A stretch of DNA of 64,000 nucleotides from Phoronis australis (Eukaryota > Animalia > Phoronida), in NCBI GenBank assembly GCA_002633005.1, contig NMRA01000778.1, forward strand, positions 1 through 64,000. The letters run 5' to 3'. Positions 37,926 through 51,700 of this stretch are shown one piece after another. The notes below the pieces were generated by a model that was not told the DNA's origin, ran no database searches, and worked only from the letters and a program-made list of their open reading frames with translations. The position numbers and the translations under genes are program-made. Numbering within the stretch: the first letter of the stretch is position 1; each line of letters starts with the position of its first letter.

Positions 37926-40378
37926 TGGCGTTCAAAATCTAGCACTGTTTTGGTACTTCAAGTTTAAAACTTAGATAAAAAGTTATCACTCCGTTCCCGG
38001 TAAGAAAAAAAACAAGCGGGCAAAAGCATTAAAGTAAAGAAAACCAATATGAAACTTATCGGTCCTTTGGGAAGTGGCCCTTTATAAAGATAAACACAAG
38101 TTAACCTTTTTAGTCATTTTGTAATATTTATAATGTACCAAATTAAAACTACTCTCCAGAGTTGCAGGCTATATTTCTGCAAATGTCAGAGAAAACCAAA
38201 TTGGAGGTACTAACAACAACCATTGTTGAGACAGTAATGCTAGCAATTACCTTTCCATTTCATTACCTCAGATCTACACCAATACAAAGGGCGTGCTGAA
38301 TAGGCATCGTAAAAGTTGTCTGGGATCAGCCGGAGAGGTCACCAGTGTGAGCGAGAAATTCTACAAATGTTGGCCGTGTGAGCGCATGCTAATTCAGTGT
38401 TTGCTGACAGAAAGCTGTTGTGAAACAATATCTTGATTGTATATCCTATCAGATGTTAGGAGAATCTTCATTTAGATATTCATATACATTATTCGAATCA
38501 TTGTTACTGTGCAACTTCTGCCCAGAAAGTTTTGCTGTGGAAGGGTAAACTTACTTCGCGGCCCCCGACGAGCTGGTAAGTACATGTAGATTTGCAGATT
38601 TGCGACTAATTTACCTAAATAATCACGTGCACATTATTTCTTTGGCTCACTAGTATAGTCTTTTCGTGACTGGAAGTTTAGTTTCTAACTTTGGCTGGTT
38701 TATGTTCGTGATGTCTTCAGGCCGGCCTGGTCGAGTTCCGAGCCACTGGACGAGATAACAAGGGTTTTTGTGTGTTTAGAACTGAAAAAAATCGCAAGAC
38801 TAAAATTACAACACACAGCTATGTTCTTCTGCCTGTATTTTACCAACGAATAATTCGAATTTATCACCGAACAGGGCCCAAAACTCCTGCGACCGACCTT
38901 GGTAAGTTGGCTTATCGAACTTTGTAGGCTACGGTACGATCCAGTACCTATAAATCCGTAACAGCGAATTAAAACAACACATTTGTTCAATAACTCGATG
39001 CAGTTGTTAGGGTTTTACATGGAATTTTATTGCTTTTGTGGTGTAAAACGATGAATTCAAGCGATAAGCTGACACCAGTAAGCTTGTCGTGAACTGCTGA
39101 ACAGACTGCGTTCCAACCTCTGACGCCATCGGTTAATTTCAACACCTCCGCCTGCCGTCTTGTGTCAGGTAAAAGAACCGGCGTACTGTTATCGAGTGGG
39201 ACTACTCGATCTAAATTGATTCAAAATAGGTTATTTTTTGGGTGGCATTCTCCTTTAAGGAGGATTTCAGGTAATTTGTTGAGTCGAAACTGTATTTTTA
39301 CTCAAGAATTCAAGTTGCCCTATCGACGATCGCGAGGCAGCGACGCATCAGTCGGCAAGTTTTCGCCATGGGATTTCAGCACATTTAAAAAAGATCGTAA
39401 TTTAACAACAAAACTTGATAGCAAGGCACCACAGTTTTGTAGAAAGTCTGTCATAGGTTACAGATACGTCACAGCTCGCAAATTTGATTTCACCCGTTGT
39501 CGGAGACTGGGTTTCAACCGCCTTAGGCTACAACAAGTGAATTTTTCTAAGCGACCTTGGCAAATACGGTAGCCCTAATAGATGGTAACATCAACACACG
39601 AAACGATAACCCTGGCAGCAAGTTTGTGGTGACAGACGCAAACGGCCGGGCAACTGAATTTCGGGCTGGGCGAGTAGATTTTCTGGCTCACTCGCCCAGC
39701 TGGCGAGCAGGGTTTTGAAACCTGGGTATATCCCTGTAAATACCTGTCCTTTCTCACTCAGTGGCATTATCTTTTGCTTTCAGAAGAAAGGCTTTATACT
39801 AATGGTAAAAATTTTCAACTTGGTACACATAATGCGAAAATGGCATTCAGGGACTACATCGATTGTCTTATTGTCAGTAAAAAGCCCGTTAATGTTACAC
39901 TTTGATGATCGAATAAATTTTTCATCAACAGGCAAGTTTGTCACTACATGTAACTACTTAAACCACAATATTTCTTCAGTTTTAAAGCTCGTACAATACA
40001 GTTGTGCTGCCTCTTTATAAAGCTGAAGTAATTACCGATTACGCTTGCGAATTGTCATTTTTCTGTTGACCTATAGAAATGTCCGGCGATCAAAACGAAA
40101 TATTCCCTGGGTAACTATAATCTGGAATTCCTGGGAGTGGGGTCGGCTATAAAATAAGGAAACTCGCTCATCTAGAGAATTTTATTGTACATAGCACAGT
40201 TTTGTAAAGTTACCGCTGTGAAAAAGTTACCCTTGACTTTTGAGCGGCACGTCCCATACACCTCTTATATTGGGAGCACTCCCACCCAGGACAGTATGTG
40301 GATATGTGCTGCTAGCCTACCATCCGGGTCGCGGGTGAGTTTCTGAAAACAAACACTTAGTTCCACTGAATAAACCCG

Positions 40379-40640
40379 TTATTCAGAGGGGTAACTGAAG
40401 GGGATAACATCACTGAGCGATGCCCATAGAAACTTAATTGCAAAAAACTTGCCAAGTAACTTGATTACGTAGTCTCTCAATGAAAATGCATAGAGCTTCG
40501 GCTTCCACACATTTTTTGTCACTTGGTTGACCTTTTTGACTGCAATTCTTGACGCCTGTAGTGACCTTGGGTCTTTTGGGAATTTGTGACCACCTGTCGA
40601 AGAGTTGCACCCGAGAAATAGCAATATAAGGCTCAGCGCG
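40379..40640 (-). pseudogene. Degenerate THAP-domain remnant (DNA transposon relic)
   Basis: GCNS..GHKFPKDP....IAVKK...WKP....DVIP resembles THAP; the conserved Trp and the CxxHF motif are lost. Confidence 0.55.
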
Positions 40641-42314
40641 ACGACGTATTTTGATAACAATTCTGTCTTTTTACCAGCAAGTTTACATGCAGACAGCCAT
40701 GCATGCGCAATTAAATTACTATTAATACAGCACCGACACCGCGTCGAATAACCCCATTGGAATTTGGCATTGTTGAACTCAACATCATATTTATTTGATG
40801 ATACCAGTTAAGGTAAGGTAATGATTGGGAACTTGGCATTTGTTTCCAACAATGTATCTCCCGTTTAGAATTCCATGAGGGCTTGCAGCAAACCTACTTT
40901 CAGAAAAGGCATTGTGAGCCCAGCTTGTGAAATACTAGTGAATGACTTGCTGAGGCAGTAGATTGCGTTCACTTCGTTCAGACTCTCATATACTTCGTAA
41001 AATAATTGCATCTAAAATTAGGATGGAAGCCATAAACTTCATGGCATTGGTGGTTACTGTCACAGGGACTTTATGTGTGTTATCCTGATTTTCCTGGAGT
41101 CCTTCCACCGAACCACTTTACTGAACAATAGTGGCTGCAGGAACCGTTTAATTTTTTCACCTGACTATTTGACTTTGTCATAAAACATTTTACAAAATGA
41201 TGTAAAATAAGTAGACCAATCGCATTGCTTGCCAAATAATAAACTGGCCAACAGGGAGTCGCTTGATTTGAAATATTTAGCAACATGACTTCTGAGTTAG
41301 ACAGTAGAGGTACCTAGTGCCAAAATGGGGATTAAGCTTCACTGGTAGGTACTCTAAACACAAAGGAATGCACTAAGACTGGCATCTATAGAAGACACGG
41401 AAACAAAACTTCAACAAATCAATGAAGAGATGTATACGTCAGAGTGCCAAATAGTTACATTCATCAAGGAAAATGCTTGCTTTTTTAGTGAAATCTTCTT
41501 GATATGGGTATCACCAGGAGTCAGCACAGTAAAGTTGTTTTGCTAATGAAGTCAGTGACGAAAACTCTAGGGCAGAAAGTAAACAAATCAAAATAGCATG
41601 ACGAATGATGGAGTAGCTACACTTGAAATAATGAAAACCTAAGGTAGAATAATAAACAAACAACAGCTTCATGTCTCATCACATACATGTATTTAATAAA
41701 ACACAGACCTTATACAGTGATGCAACGTTGAAATGATCACTCATTATACTGAACTGCTATTCTGTTTTTGTTTCTGACATTGGTCTAATGGCTAATATAG
41801 GAAGTTACAGGATCTCTGTCTATTTTTAGCACAGTAAAACTTGCATAACTCCGATCTAAATGAACCAAACTGTTCAGCCCAAATAAGGAAAATTTTCCTG
41901 ATGTGACTGAGGTGCTGTGTACATGATTTCGAATTTTTATCAGGCTGTGGAATATTAGAATGTTGCAGACGTTTGCGATATTCAGACTTAAATTTTGGTT
42001 TTGTTAAAATCTGATTTTTCAGTGTCATGATGAAAGTGATAGCTAATCCGGGTGCAGCTTGACGGATGTTCGAGTTGACTTGAATATGGACTGACTAGAA
42101 TGATCTCCCCATCAGGAGGGGGTGTTCCTTTTTCCTCAAGACACTTGCTTAGAACCTCAATCTAATATCTTTGCAAATGTCAGCCAGTAAAATGATTGGT
42201 AGGAGTACAGGAGACAGTAATTTTTATTTTTACTGTACAGTAAATGATAATTTTATTTTTACTGTAATCTATTATATGACGTAAGACACCTCCTGAAGAC
42301 CATGCCGGTATCTT

Positions 42315-42469
42315 CGGTAGTGGATTTAGAGGGGTGCAAGGGGGCCATGTCCCCCTCTAAAATTCTTCCAGATTCCATTTGGCAGTAGGGGTGCGAATGT
42401 CTGACTAGTGAAATCATGGCTAATAGTCTGCCCTAGCCTCCTTAACTCAAAATCCTGGATCCGCCCCTG
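42315..42469. mobile_element. Short hAT-like MITE, copy A, 5-bp TSD ATCTT
   Basis: Ends CGGTAGTGGATTTAG and AAAATCCTGGATCCGCCCCTG, with ATCTT immediately on both sides. Homologous to 48584-48751. Confidence 0.7.
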
Positions 42470-44159
42470 ATCTTTACATGGATAACATTCCCTGTTAATG
42501 GGTTATGTCTGGACTCTTAAGAATCTGTAACATGGTGCTGTTTTCAGGGTTTGAATTTGAAACAATATGAAAAATCTCCTTGGTTTAACCAATCCGCTAA
42601 TAAGCTTTAACAAGCTCACAGATTTTTGTAGCCATTTGTTCAAGCCAACGTAAAGCTACTTGGTTTTGCTATAAGTTTCAAAAGGTATACGCTAAAGTAT
42701 GCGTGTGAGATTGAACTGTCATTTCTAACCCTGGTTGTGCCTGTTGAATGTCCATGTAACATTAGTAAGGAGACATTTCAGGGTCAATGATCAAGACTGC
42801 TAGTTAGAATGCGACTAGCGCTGCTCATTATGTAGAGTTGTGCATTGCTTCAGGCTAATCACGTAAACTAAGTTCATAACAATAATGGGAATTGTTAGTT
42901 TATTGCAGTTGCCCACAATTTCATCATCTGATCATTATATTCCTTAGAATCTCACAGAAGTTGAAATAGAAAGTTACAAAGTACGTTACCTGGTTAGCCT
43001 GATGTCCAACTTTTATTAACACATTAAGTTTTGTTATATGCATGGTTTGCTCTAGATTGTGATTGCATGCTAGGTTACCATGTGCATGTTTTGTGCTCTA
43101 GTTGTGTAGAATAAATTTGTTTTGAATGTTTTAGTAGTGAATCCAGGATTAAAACTATTTAAGACTCTATTGCAAACAATTAAAAACTGACCCACTGCAG
43201 GGTATGCTTGTAGTAAACTTACACACTTGTACTTGAATCCTGGAGAGTGATTGGTTGAGCTTCAGTTGGAAGACTATTTTGTAGGCTCTGTATATAACTC
43301 AGTAAGTGAATGCAAGTTTTACAAATCAATGTTGTATAAACAGCACAAAAATATCCAGCAAGATAAGTTGTCTGTTATTAAATTTTAGTGTCTTAATTGC
43401 AGAAATTGGCTTTAACAATCGTTGGATAAGGACGGCTACCCAGTACGTGACCCAGACAACACAACGTACGCACTTATGAACTGTAGCTCAAGAACTTGTA
43501 AAACGGTGAAAACCATGACAGGTAATTCTAGGCACTATTTCTAGCCTAAGGATTGTACTTCCCAAAACCACATCTCTGACCATTGCAGATAAACTATTAG
43601 TTACCTGTTACGTTTTGTGTTATGCTCTTGTCTCTTGGATTTTGCATGTTACGTGATTTGTCATTCCTGTAATTCTATTTTAGTTTAAAAAGTCTGCCAG
43701 TGTGCCGATGAAATGCAGACGTTTGTTGTAGTCCTTCCTGACTATGTAATCACTTTTTCTTTGGTCGTGTTTCATGATTTGGTAGTGATTTCTGTAGTTG
43801 CACATTCTGTTTTGATCCCTCAATTCTCACATATTGCCATAGACTGAGAACGATTCATGTAACAATATATTATTAGCCTGATTTAGTCTTCACCGCCTTG
43901 TATTTATGACTCTTGATGAACTGATTTTTGAAATGTTTCTGGTTACTGAAGGTCTTGCATTGTTCTCAAGTGCTCACTTATTATAAGGAACTAGTATTTT
44001 TTGAGGAAGTGCATTTTATTTTATGCTATTAATCACTGCTAATAAAATGTTAGTTGAACTCTATATTTTTGTTAAATGTTGTATGAAATTGTACTTCACT
44101 CTTGTTTTAGTGAAAATTGAATTTTCTGAATGACTGTCTTATTGAAACTTATTGCTCTT

Positions 44160-44370
44160 GGAAAACTTCAGTTTTCAGAACTTATGTTTTTAAAACTTAA
44201 GTTTTTAGAACTTACATGTAAGTTTTTAGAACTTGAGTTTTTGAAAACTTAAGTTATGAAAACTGTTACAAAAACTTGTTCCAAAATACTTAAGTTTTTG
44301 CCAAAAGTTTTTGTGAATGAAAACTTAAGATTTTCAGACCAAAAACTTAAGTTTTTCGATGAAAACTTTG
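44160..44370. repeat. Array of palindromic AAAACTTAAGTTTT-like units
   Basis: About 10 degenerate units at roughly 15-bp spacing. Confidence 0.75.
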
Positions 44371-44959
44371 TATATGTATATGTTCACTTAAATGACCAAG
44401 AGTACTAAATTAAATGGACTACTATGAATGATTATGTTTAAAATGATACTCAAGTAATTAAGTAATGTTACATGTAGTGCAGTTTCCGTGTTGTAATTAA
44501 CGGAAGCCACTCACGGTAATATTCCGAGACCGGTTGGAGAACGATTATCGTTTTTGTCAGATAAACACTGCGAAATGCAGGATTAATATGGCATATTTTC
44601 AAGCAACTACAGTATGACAGCTAGAACGCTGTTTAGCTGTCTTTGATTGGCCTTGTAATTATGTGCAATATTTAATACAGGAACGAAAACGTATACCGGC
44701 TAGAGAGGGCTACGACCATGAAAATCCGAAGGCGATTTTGCCAAGAAGTTAGAATTTATTTTGTATTTATTTTTTATTCATCTTACTATAGTGGGTGTAG
44801 AAATTGAGGTACCACACAAAAAACAGGACGTTGTCATAAGTCGTTGCTATGCTTTCAATTTTGTTTTTAGTACAAAAATAAAACAGGCAAAACCACTTCC
44901 AAGCTTAGGATTTAGAGCTTTACTTTACGACCGATAGAATGCGACACCTATTCAGAGCA

Positions 44960-44992
44960 TCGACCAATCAAATCTTGGACATGACGTCACTT
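44960..44992 (+). promoter_or_regulatory. Probable proximal promoter: CCAAT box (44964) and CRE TGACGTCA (44982)
   Basis: GACCAATCA and a perfect CRE palindrome ~100 nt upstream of AAAATGGCG. Also a reverse CCAAT at ~44646 and CGGAAG at ~44501. Confidence 0.55.
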
Positions 44993-45081
44993 GAGAGCTT
45001 GTGTTAGAAACTGTCTGAAAGGTAACAGGTTGGCGGTACTCATTTAGATTTCAGGCAATTTTAGTTGTAATCTTTCAAAAA

Positions 45082-45145
45082 ATGGCGAATGATGATAACA
45101 AAGTTGGGGATGCGGATAATCAAGAGAAGGACAAGAGCAAATACG
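45082..45145 (+). CDS. Probable first coding exon of an unidentified second gene (MANDDNKVGDADNQEKDKSKY)
   Basis: Strong AAAATGGCG start context, 21 hydrophilic codons and a consensus G|GTAAGT donor (phase 1), next to promoter motifs. Confidence 0.6.
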
Positions 45146-47127
45146 GTAAGTCCCGTTAAAACTTCGTACCGAGGGGGAGTTATTAAGGTTGAGTGAAGAG
45201 ACGATCTCTACTTGACTCCAGTGTCACCGACTGTGTCTGTGTGTGATTCTACTAGCGTCTGCTCAGACTCTGTAATTCAAGGCTTCGTATCTCACTGAGG
45301 TACTCAAGGCTCCGCAACCCTGTGTGTGTCTATGTCTGTGTACGTTTCGATGAGATGATAGGAATCACGTGAACTCTGTGTTTGTGTCCTGCGATTCTAA
45401 AACCGAAACCTGGGAATGTGCCATGTAGCGTAACTTGGGTCAAGATCGGGACACTGTCTGTGACTGAGTTGAACTATGGGTCCATGGGATAGCATGTTGT
45501 GCATAACATGTCAGGGTCATGCAGCTATGTTTTTTCAGTGCTTGCTGCTAGCGTCCTGGTATATTTGGGGCAGGGATTCCCACTTCAGCCAAGGGAAAGG
45601 AAGGTTGGACAGGGAGCATTTTTAATATGCGCATAAATTTGTCAGTCAATAAACTTCACATAAATGTCGCAAATTTTACTCGTGAATATTCAATTATTTA
45701 TGAAGATTGGTTATCTGAAGTCCAAGTTCACTAATGATGCCTTTATCAAAGCTATAAAATAAGGGTTTGATCTCAAATTCTAAGGTTTGGACTCAAATAT
45801 GTTGCTTAAAGGATATGTTGACACGTCATTCTACTTTGATGTCTAAATTAACTGAAGGTGATGACAACCAGTGGTTACTCATGACTTATTCTGTAATTAT
45901 GTGGGATTTGCTAGTACTTAAGGTAATGTACACATAGTGTACCTAATTATTAGATGGACCCTAAATACCCTACTCAAAATCATACTTGAAACATAATCTG
46001 AGAAATAAATGACACTGCAATTCATTCAATGTCCGGTATTGTCTCGTTTTTTATAGTGTTGCCTCGTTTTGATTTCACCGAGAGAGGGACGATTGTATAA
46101 ATCGGTTATAAAAGTTGAAAACAAAATCTTTTTCCACAATGAAGTAACCTAAACTAACTGACAATATGTTAATCTTTCATTTGTTTTTGAACTCAAGTCC
46201 AACTCCGGTTGCGCACGCGCGTATGTCATGTCAAGAAGGCAAAGAGATACTAAAAACTGCAGTGAGGTCGCACGTGCAGTAATTGTCTGCACTGATTCAT
46301 CGAGACAACTTGGTGCTGTCATCAGATGACATTTGATGAATAATTTTGTTGCGAACGGAGCTGTGAACATATCAAAATACTCAAGCTGCAATTTGACGAC
46401 AAGGCGGCCGTGGCCATTATACTTGGTTAGTCAGTTTTCCGTGGTGTGGCGTATGCTGGAACATGGTTCTCCAAGGCAAGGGCTTGCTAGTTGTATTTTT
46501 AAAGATCAGTCACAACATAAACGTGGCCTTCGGTGACAAGATATAGTAACAAAACAATTCCTTAGTGGGTAAGTTTTTATTTCAGTAAAGACTTTACAAC
46601 AATTCGTAGTATTTCCAATTAAATATAATGCAAAATGTGCCAAAACATCGATATTTAGTTCCCTTGACTATAGGACGTTATTGACAGATCTCTGCATTTA
46701 ACAAACTACCTTGAAAACTAGACTTTAGCTTAGTAAAAGCATATATTTTTTGAAATTCAAAAGTTTGTAGAATTTGATTTATTGAGTTTTTACTAATCTC
46801 TTATTTATTGGGTCACGCGAAGGTGTCTTTTTAGTCAAATTTACCTTAAAAAGAAAGGTAAATTAGTAGCGAAACAACGATGTCAACAATTTGATCAAAT
46901 TTTAATTGATATAAGTTCAGGTGAAATATTAAAAATCCTGATTACACTTTTATGAAATATCATTTCACTTTCGTTTTATGCAACTTTAAAGATTTTTCAT
47001 GAAAACAATTAGAGTACTTTTCAGATAGCCTCTCAAGCAAACGGGATTGTTTGGAGAAACAATTGCATAGCATTTTTGAGATCAGGGTACAAGGCATGCT
47101 GTTGCATAGTTTCATGTGACTTCTATG

Positions 47128-47215
47128 GGCCTTCTCTGAGATATGACATTGTGAACTCGGCCAAATTTGGCCTTCTCTGAGATATGACGTCGTGAACTCG
47201 GCCAAATTTGGCCAA
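47128..47215. repeat. 41-bp tandem duplication
   Basis: GGCCTTCTCTGAGATATGAC.T.GTGAACTCGGCCAAATTT x2. Confidence 0.85.
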
Positions 47216-48433
47216 TTTTACAAGGTCCAGTGTAACCTTAGCACAGGATTACCTTGTCGTCATCTGGTGCTCACCTGGTGGAATTCATGCTCTATGACAT
47301 TTGACTTATGCTCAAATTTGAAAAAAAATTAAGCTCACTCTCACTCCACTAGTCCCATATGTCTTATCTCAGGTGTTGATTGGGTTTGTTCAAATAGTCC
47401 TTGTTTACTGTTGGCTTTTAGTATGTCTCCTTATCATGACAGGGTCTAGCTACAGTATAAAAGGTTATCCAGTTTAGAGTACAGGGGCAATTTTGATTTG
47501 GTATTAAAGAACTGATAAGATGTTTTACACTACCCAGTTAACTATTTCTATGAACTCTTATTGGTAGGATGTTAATGGGTGGCATTGTCAAGTATTATCA
47601 TCTTTTCATGCAAGTTTTATCATACGTCATAAAGAAAGAAAGGTAGGTTAAGAAGAAAGGAACAAAAAAACCCACAAAATTGGCACTTCACCCCAAAACC
47701 ACCACTTCCCTGCCAATATGTGAAATAAGCCAACATCAGATTCTGAAAGCAAATTTCCTAGTTCGTACTACAAAACTGTTGTCCAAACAGCGATATTCCT
47801 GACCAGGTTTGAACCTGTGCCCTTTGAGGACATCTGGTGGTAAAATGTGTGCCCAACATCTAAAATGGCAATATATGAAACAGAAACCCCAAGAGCAATC
47901 AAAATACGAGCGAAGTCATGTTTTACCCGACTGGTTGTAAGATGACTAGAATCTCGCATTTTTGGAAGAGTGTTGCATTTTAAAAGATTTACCCAGGGTC
48001 GCATTGCTACAGTGTACTTGTGCTTTTTTACTTTTTGGTGCGCTAATGGTGCAAGGCGCAGTCCAGGAATATCCCTGCCCCAAAGTACCAACTAGCGTTT
48101 TTTTGCAATTCTGGCTTCTTTAAATGCTACTTGAAATCGCAGCCGATTTCTCAGTCGCTACCCTGCAAGGCTCTGATGCAACAGGGAGCTGCCATCTTGA
48201 AGAAGAGTGCAGCTACAGCCAAAGAAAGTGATCTTTTCTCATTCCCAACATGTTCACAAGTACAAACAAGCCACATTCAATGATCCTACGAGAAGGCTAC
48301 CTTAAAACTGCCCCCAAGCCTGGCCTACCTACCCCTAGATTTTAAATTTTTTATCTGCAAATTAGCTGCATCCCCAGCCTTCAGTGGCACCGTATCATCG
48401 GTCGTGAAGTTTGATGTCTTAACATTGAGCATT

Positions 48434-48435
<2 letters not shown>

Positions 48436-48492
<57 letters not shown>
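48436..48492. repeat. (TA)n microsatellite
   Basis: Directly visible. Confidence 0.97.
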
Positions 48493-48495
<3 letters not shown>

Positions 48496-48583
48496 CACAA
48501 GAGGTTCCCCATGAAGAATGTTACATGAATGATGGTCAAGGTAAATTCACTCAACAAAATCAGGTGATCTTCACCTATGTTTT

Positions 48584-48751
48584 CAGTAGCAGATTTGGAG
48601 GAGGGTGGGAGGTAAGGGGGCCATGGCCCCCCCCCCTAAAATTCTCCCAGATCCCATTTGGCTGTTCTGGGTGCGAATGTTTGAGGGGCATTATCGTGGG
48701 TAATACTCTACCCTACCCTCCCTCCAACTCAAAATCCTGGATCTGCCCCTG
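48584..48751. mobile_element. Short hAT-like MITE, copy B
   Basis: CAGTAGCAGATTTGG...AAAATCCTGGATCTGCCCCTG, flanked by GTTTT and GTTGT. Same family as 42315-42469. Confidence 0.7.
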
Positions 48752-51700
48752 GTTGTCTGCTGTCATTGAACAGTCTCTGGACTTGTCTCTTAGTTTGCAG
48801 ATTACAAAATTTTACTTTAAGAGTGGAGAGGAATATTGGTCCTAAATATTGTAAACAAAGTCAATCTTGGGTTTAATCAGATTAAAATCTTACTCAGTCA
48901 CAGATTCATATAAAGTTTGTTTTCTTTGTATTATCGAAATAACTTCCATTGTGATAAAGCCCAGCAAATGGATATCATGTTTCCAGTCACCTGAGCTAAA
49001 TGAGTGCAAACTAAAAGTATTCCGACACTACTTAAATATTTTTTATGCCTAACTATTGAAGTTGTCGAGTTGTTTCCAGTTATATTGTATGGGGTCTACC
49101 CAAGTGCTTCTGAGCTTATTAGAGTTGTGACAATCATAGCTTCAGAGAACCAAATCTAATTTAGTAAAAATTCAAGCATGGCGTAAACTGTGCATCATGT
49201 TTTTGGTGTGTTCCAAAATAACACAGAAATGTTCTGAAATAAGGGTATTGGGAAATGGTTCCACTGAGATTCAATAGGCATGTGTGCTTTTCTTTAATTT
49301 TTGAATCATGTAACCTGCAAAAGTGAAACTTACTGCTCATGTTAACGATTGATTTTTGGTTTGCATCCATGGCCTTTGTTGCATTGATATATGGTTGGTG
49401 TGTCGTGGTGACTGGACATTGGTATACAGGCATCTTTAATGCGCTTACATCAGAGATTGCCATTTATATGTAATCTGGCTCATGTGCTGTGTTTTTCAAT
49501 AACGGGTATGCACCATTTTCATGATGCCTTGTACTATGATGATTTTTGTTTCCATAGAAACAAAATCATCATGCCAGCGTCGACATAAATTTCCTTTGGA
49601 GGCCATACAGATTTTTGTACCAAAGCAAACAGCACTCGAGCCAACTGTGGTAATGACTTTGAAGGAAACAAATTCTAAATATGGTATTTTCTGCCACAAG
49701 ACTATTGACTTCGTGTAGATAATGATGCATCATGGTCTTAATGGTCACAAATCAGAGTGAGTCAGTCAAGTGTCAAATATGACATTTTCGAGTCTGTAGT
49801 TTCCTGAATCATATTTTAACGACATAGATTGTAAACTAATGTGTGTGGCTCTCAAATCTACTTGCTCATGTTTCCAAGTGGTAAGCTGTATTTTATTAAT
49901 TTTGTTTTCCTGTCGCGTTACCAACATTTAAGTGTCATTAACGTTTTTACCTGCGAGACATGGAGGTTATTCTTGGAAATTCTTAGCTTTAACCAGAGAT
50001 ATAGGTCAGTAATTTTGGTTTTGTGATTTTATTACGAATAACCAGTTCCCGAGGAAGCCAATGACTGCCACACCTTCGTTGAAATCAAGTCCAGATAGTA
50101 CAAACTCGTAAATATGCTTTGAGTACTATGCTACTTATCCACTGTGTGATAGGCTCATCAGTAGAGTGTTGATGGAGATGGACGCAAAGGTTCCTGGTTT
50201 GAATCTGTGTTTAGGCGGCTGATGTCAGACAATCACTTTTCTTGTCGATGGTTTCATTTTGAGATGTATCCAACTCAAAAAGTTGCTTTTCAGCAATAGA
50301 CGGAGGTTTGTTTGTAATAAATGTGAATGCTGCAGGCAGTGAATTAGAATTTAGATAAGTTGCTTTACTCAGTGTCTTAAAATAATCATATCACAGCAGG
50401 CAGGTATAGTGAGGTCAAGAACATATGGTAAAAGGCAGCCTTATTAGTTCAAGTGACCCTTAATCTGATGTTTAAATTTGTCTACTAAGCTTTTTACAAT
50501 GAACTTATTATTGAAAAGTTAAGAATTGCATCTTATTCCTACTCTTAAATATGAACAGTCGAACCATTTGCACAAAAATCCAATGGATACTATAAGACTT
50601 CTGAATCGTAGAAGAAACTATTTTTTTAATGGTGCATTTGGTATCAATAGCAATGCTAGATTGGTCTGGCATAAATGTTCTCTATGTCTCTGTTATTGTT
50701 TATTGAGTTCTGTCCTCCTTATTCCTTTGTGTAACAATGGACCATTGTGGTTCAGTGTTCAAATCAATTCTTTACACAATTCTGCACTATATTAACCATT
50801 AGAAATGTTATATGAAGCACTACCAGTCTTCTCTTGTGTGACTGGTTACATGGTTGTATCTTCCTAGATATTTTAAGCCCATGTGAAATTTACCTAAAGG
50901 TTATTGACCATTATGAAAACATACCAGTATGTTGATGTTAAAAAGTCTAGTATATCTTCCACTGCAAACTCTGCTTTTAGTGGTCTTGTCTCAAACAATA
51001 ATTCAGTACTTACCGTAATATAGGGGCATGGACCTTGGTAAACCCCAAACTGGTATTTCAGAGCTGCAATTTCATGTTTTACATCTTTTAAAAACAACAA
51101 AAGCGAAATAAATGTCATTATTTTAATAGCATATTATGCCACAAGACAATAACTTGTTTAAAATTATTTTTGAGTTTGCGCCCGTTTCATGCTTTTCAAT
51201 GTACGTTTTAATGTTTTAATATGGAGAAACAGGGACACCTGTTGCCAAAATATAAACCACACATCATCTGTGCATTTTTCTTGCGTTGGTAACTTCAGCT
51301 CTGATGACTTATTGTACAGAATATAAAAGCTAGCTAAAATGATATGATAAACTTTATAACAGCAATTTGACTTGAGATCGCCAAAGACATAGTGCACTCA
51401 TTGTTCAACCAATATCTGAAATATTTGTTTGGTAAGCTACTTGGCTGTTTTCGTAAATTTAAGATAATGTAGAAGTTTTGGTGCACACACTGTTTTTAGT
51501 AAAAAAAGCTCACAATATGAGAGCTGTTTTTGTTAACTTAGATGTAAAAGCCTTGGTTTACGCAATCATTTTTTTGAAAAAACCAAACTGTATGTGCGGG
51601 AGGATTACTGGTGAAATGTGGGGGTAAAACGTGACATTGGAATCATGAACGCTCTGGAATATTGGGAACTCCATTTTGGACACCCTATTTTCGAAATCCT

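Larger units (their letters stand above)
35627..39254. mobile_element. Second Kolobok-type element / fold-back composite
   Basis: TTGA|AGGAGAACGCCACCCC... on the left and ...GGGTGGCATTCTCCT|TTAA on the right. Inverted similarity extends ~35627-35960 vs ~38875-39254. Two inverted KolX-like remnants lie inside. Confidence 0.78.

Noticed and set aside
43402-43521. Exon-like segment (GCAG| ... ACAG|GTAATT)
   Set aside because: Stops in all three frames; can only be non-coding, and there is no supporting evidence.
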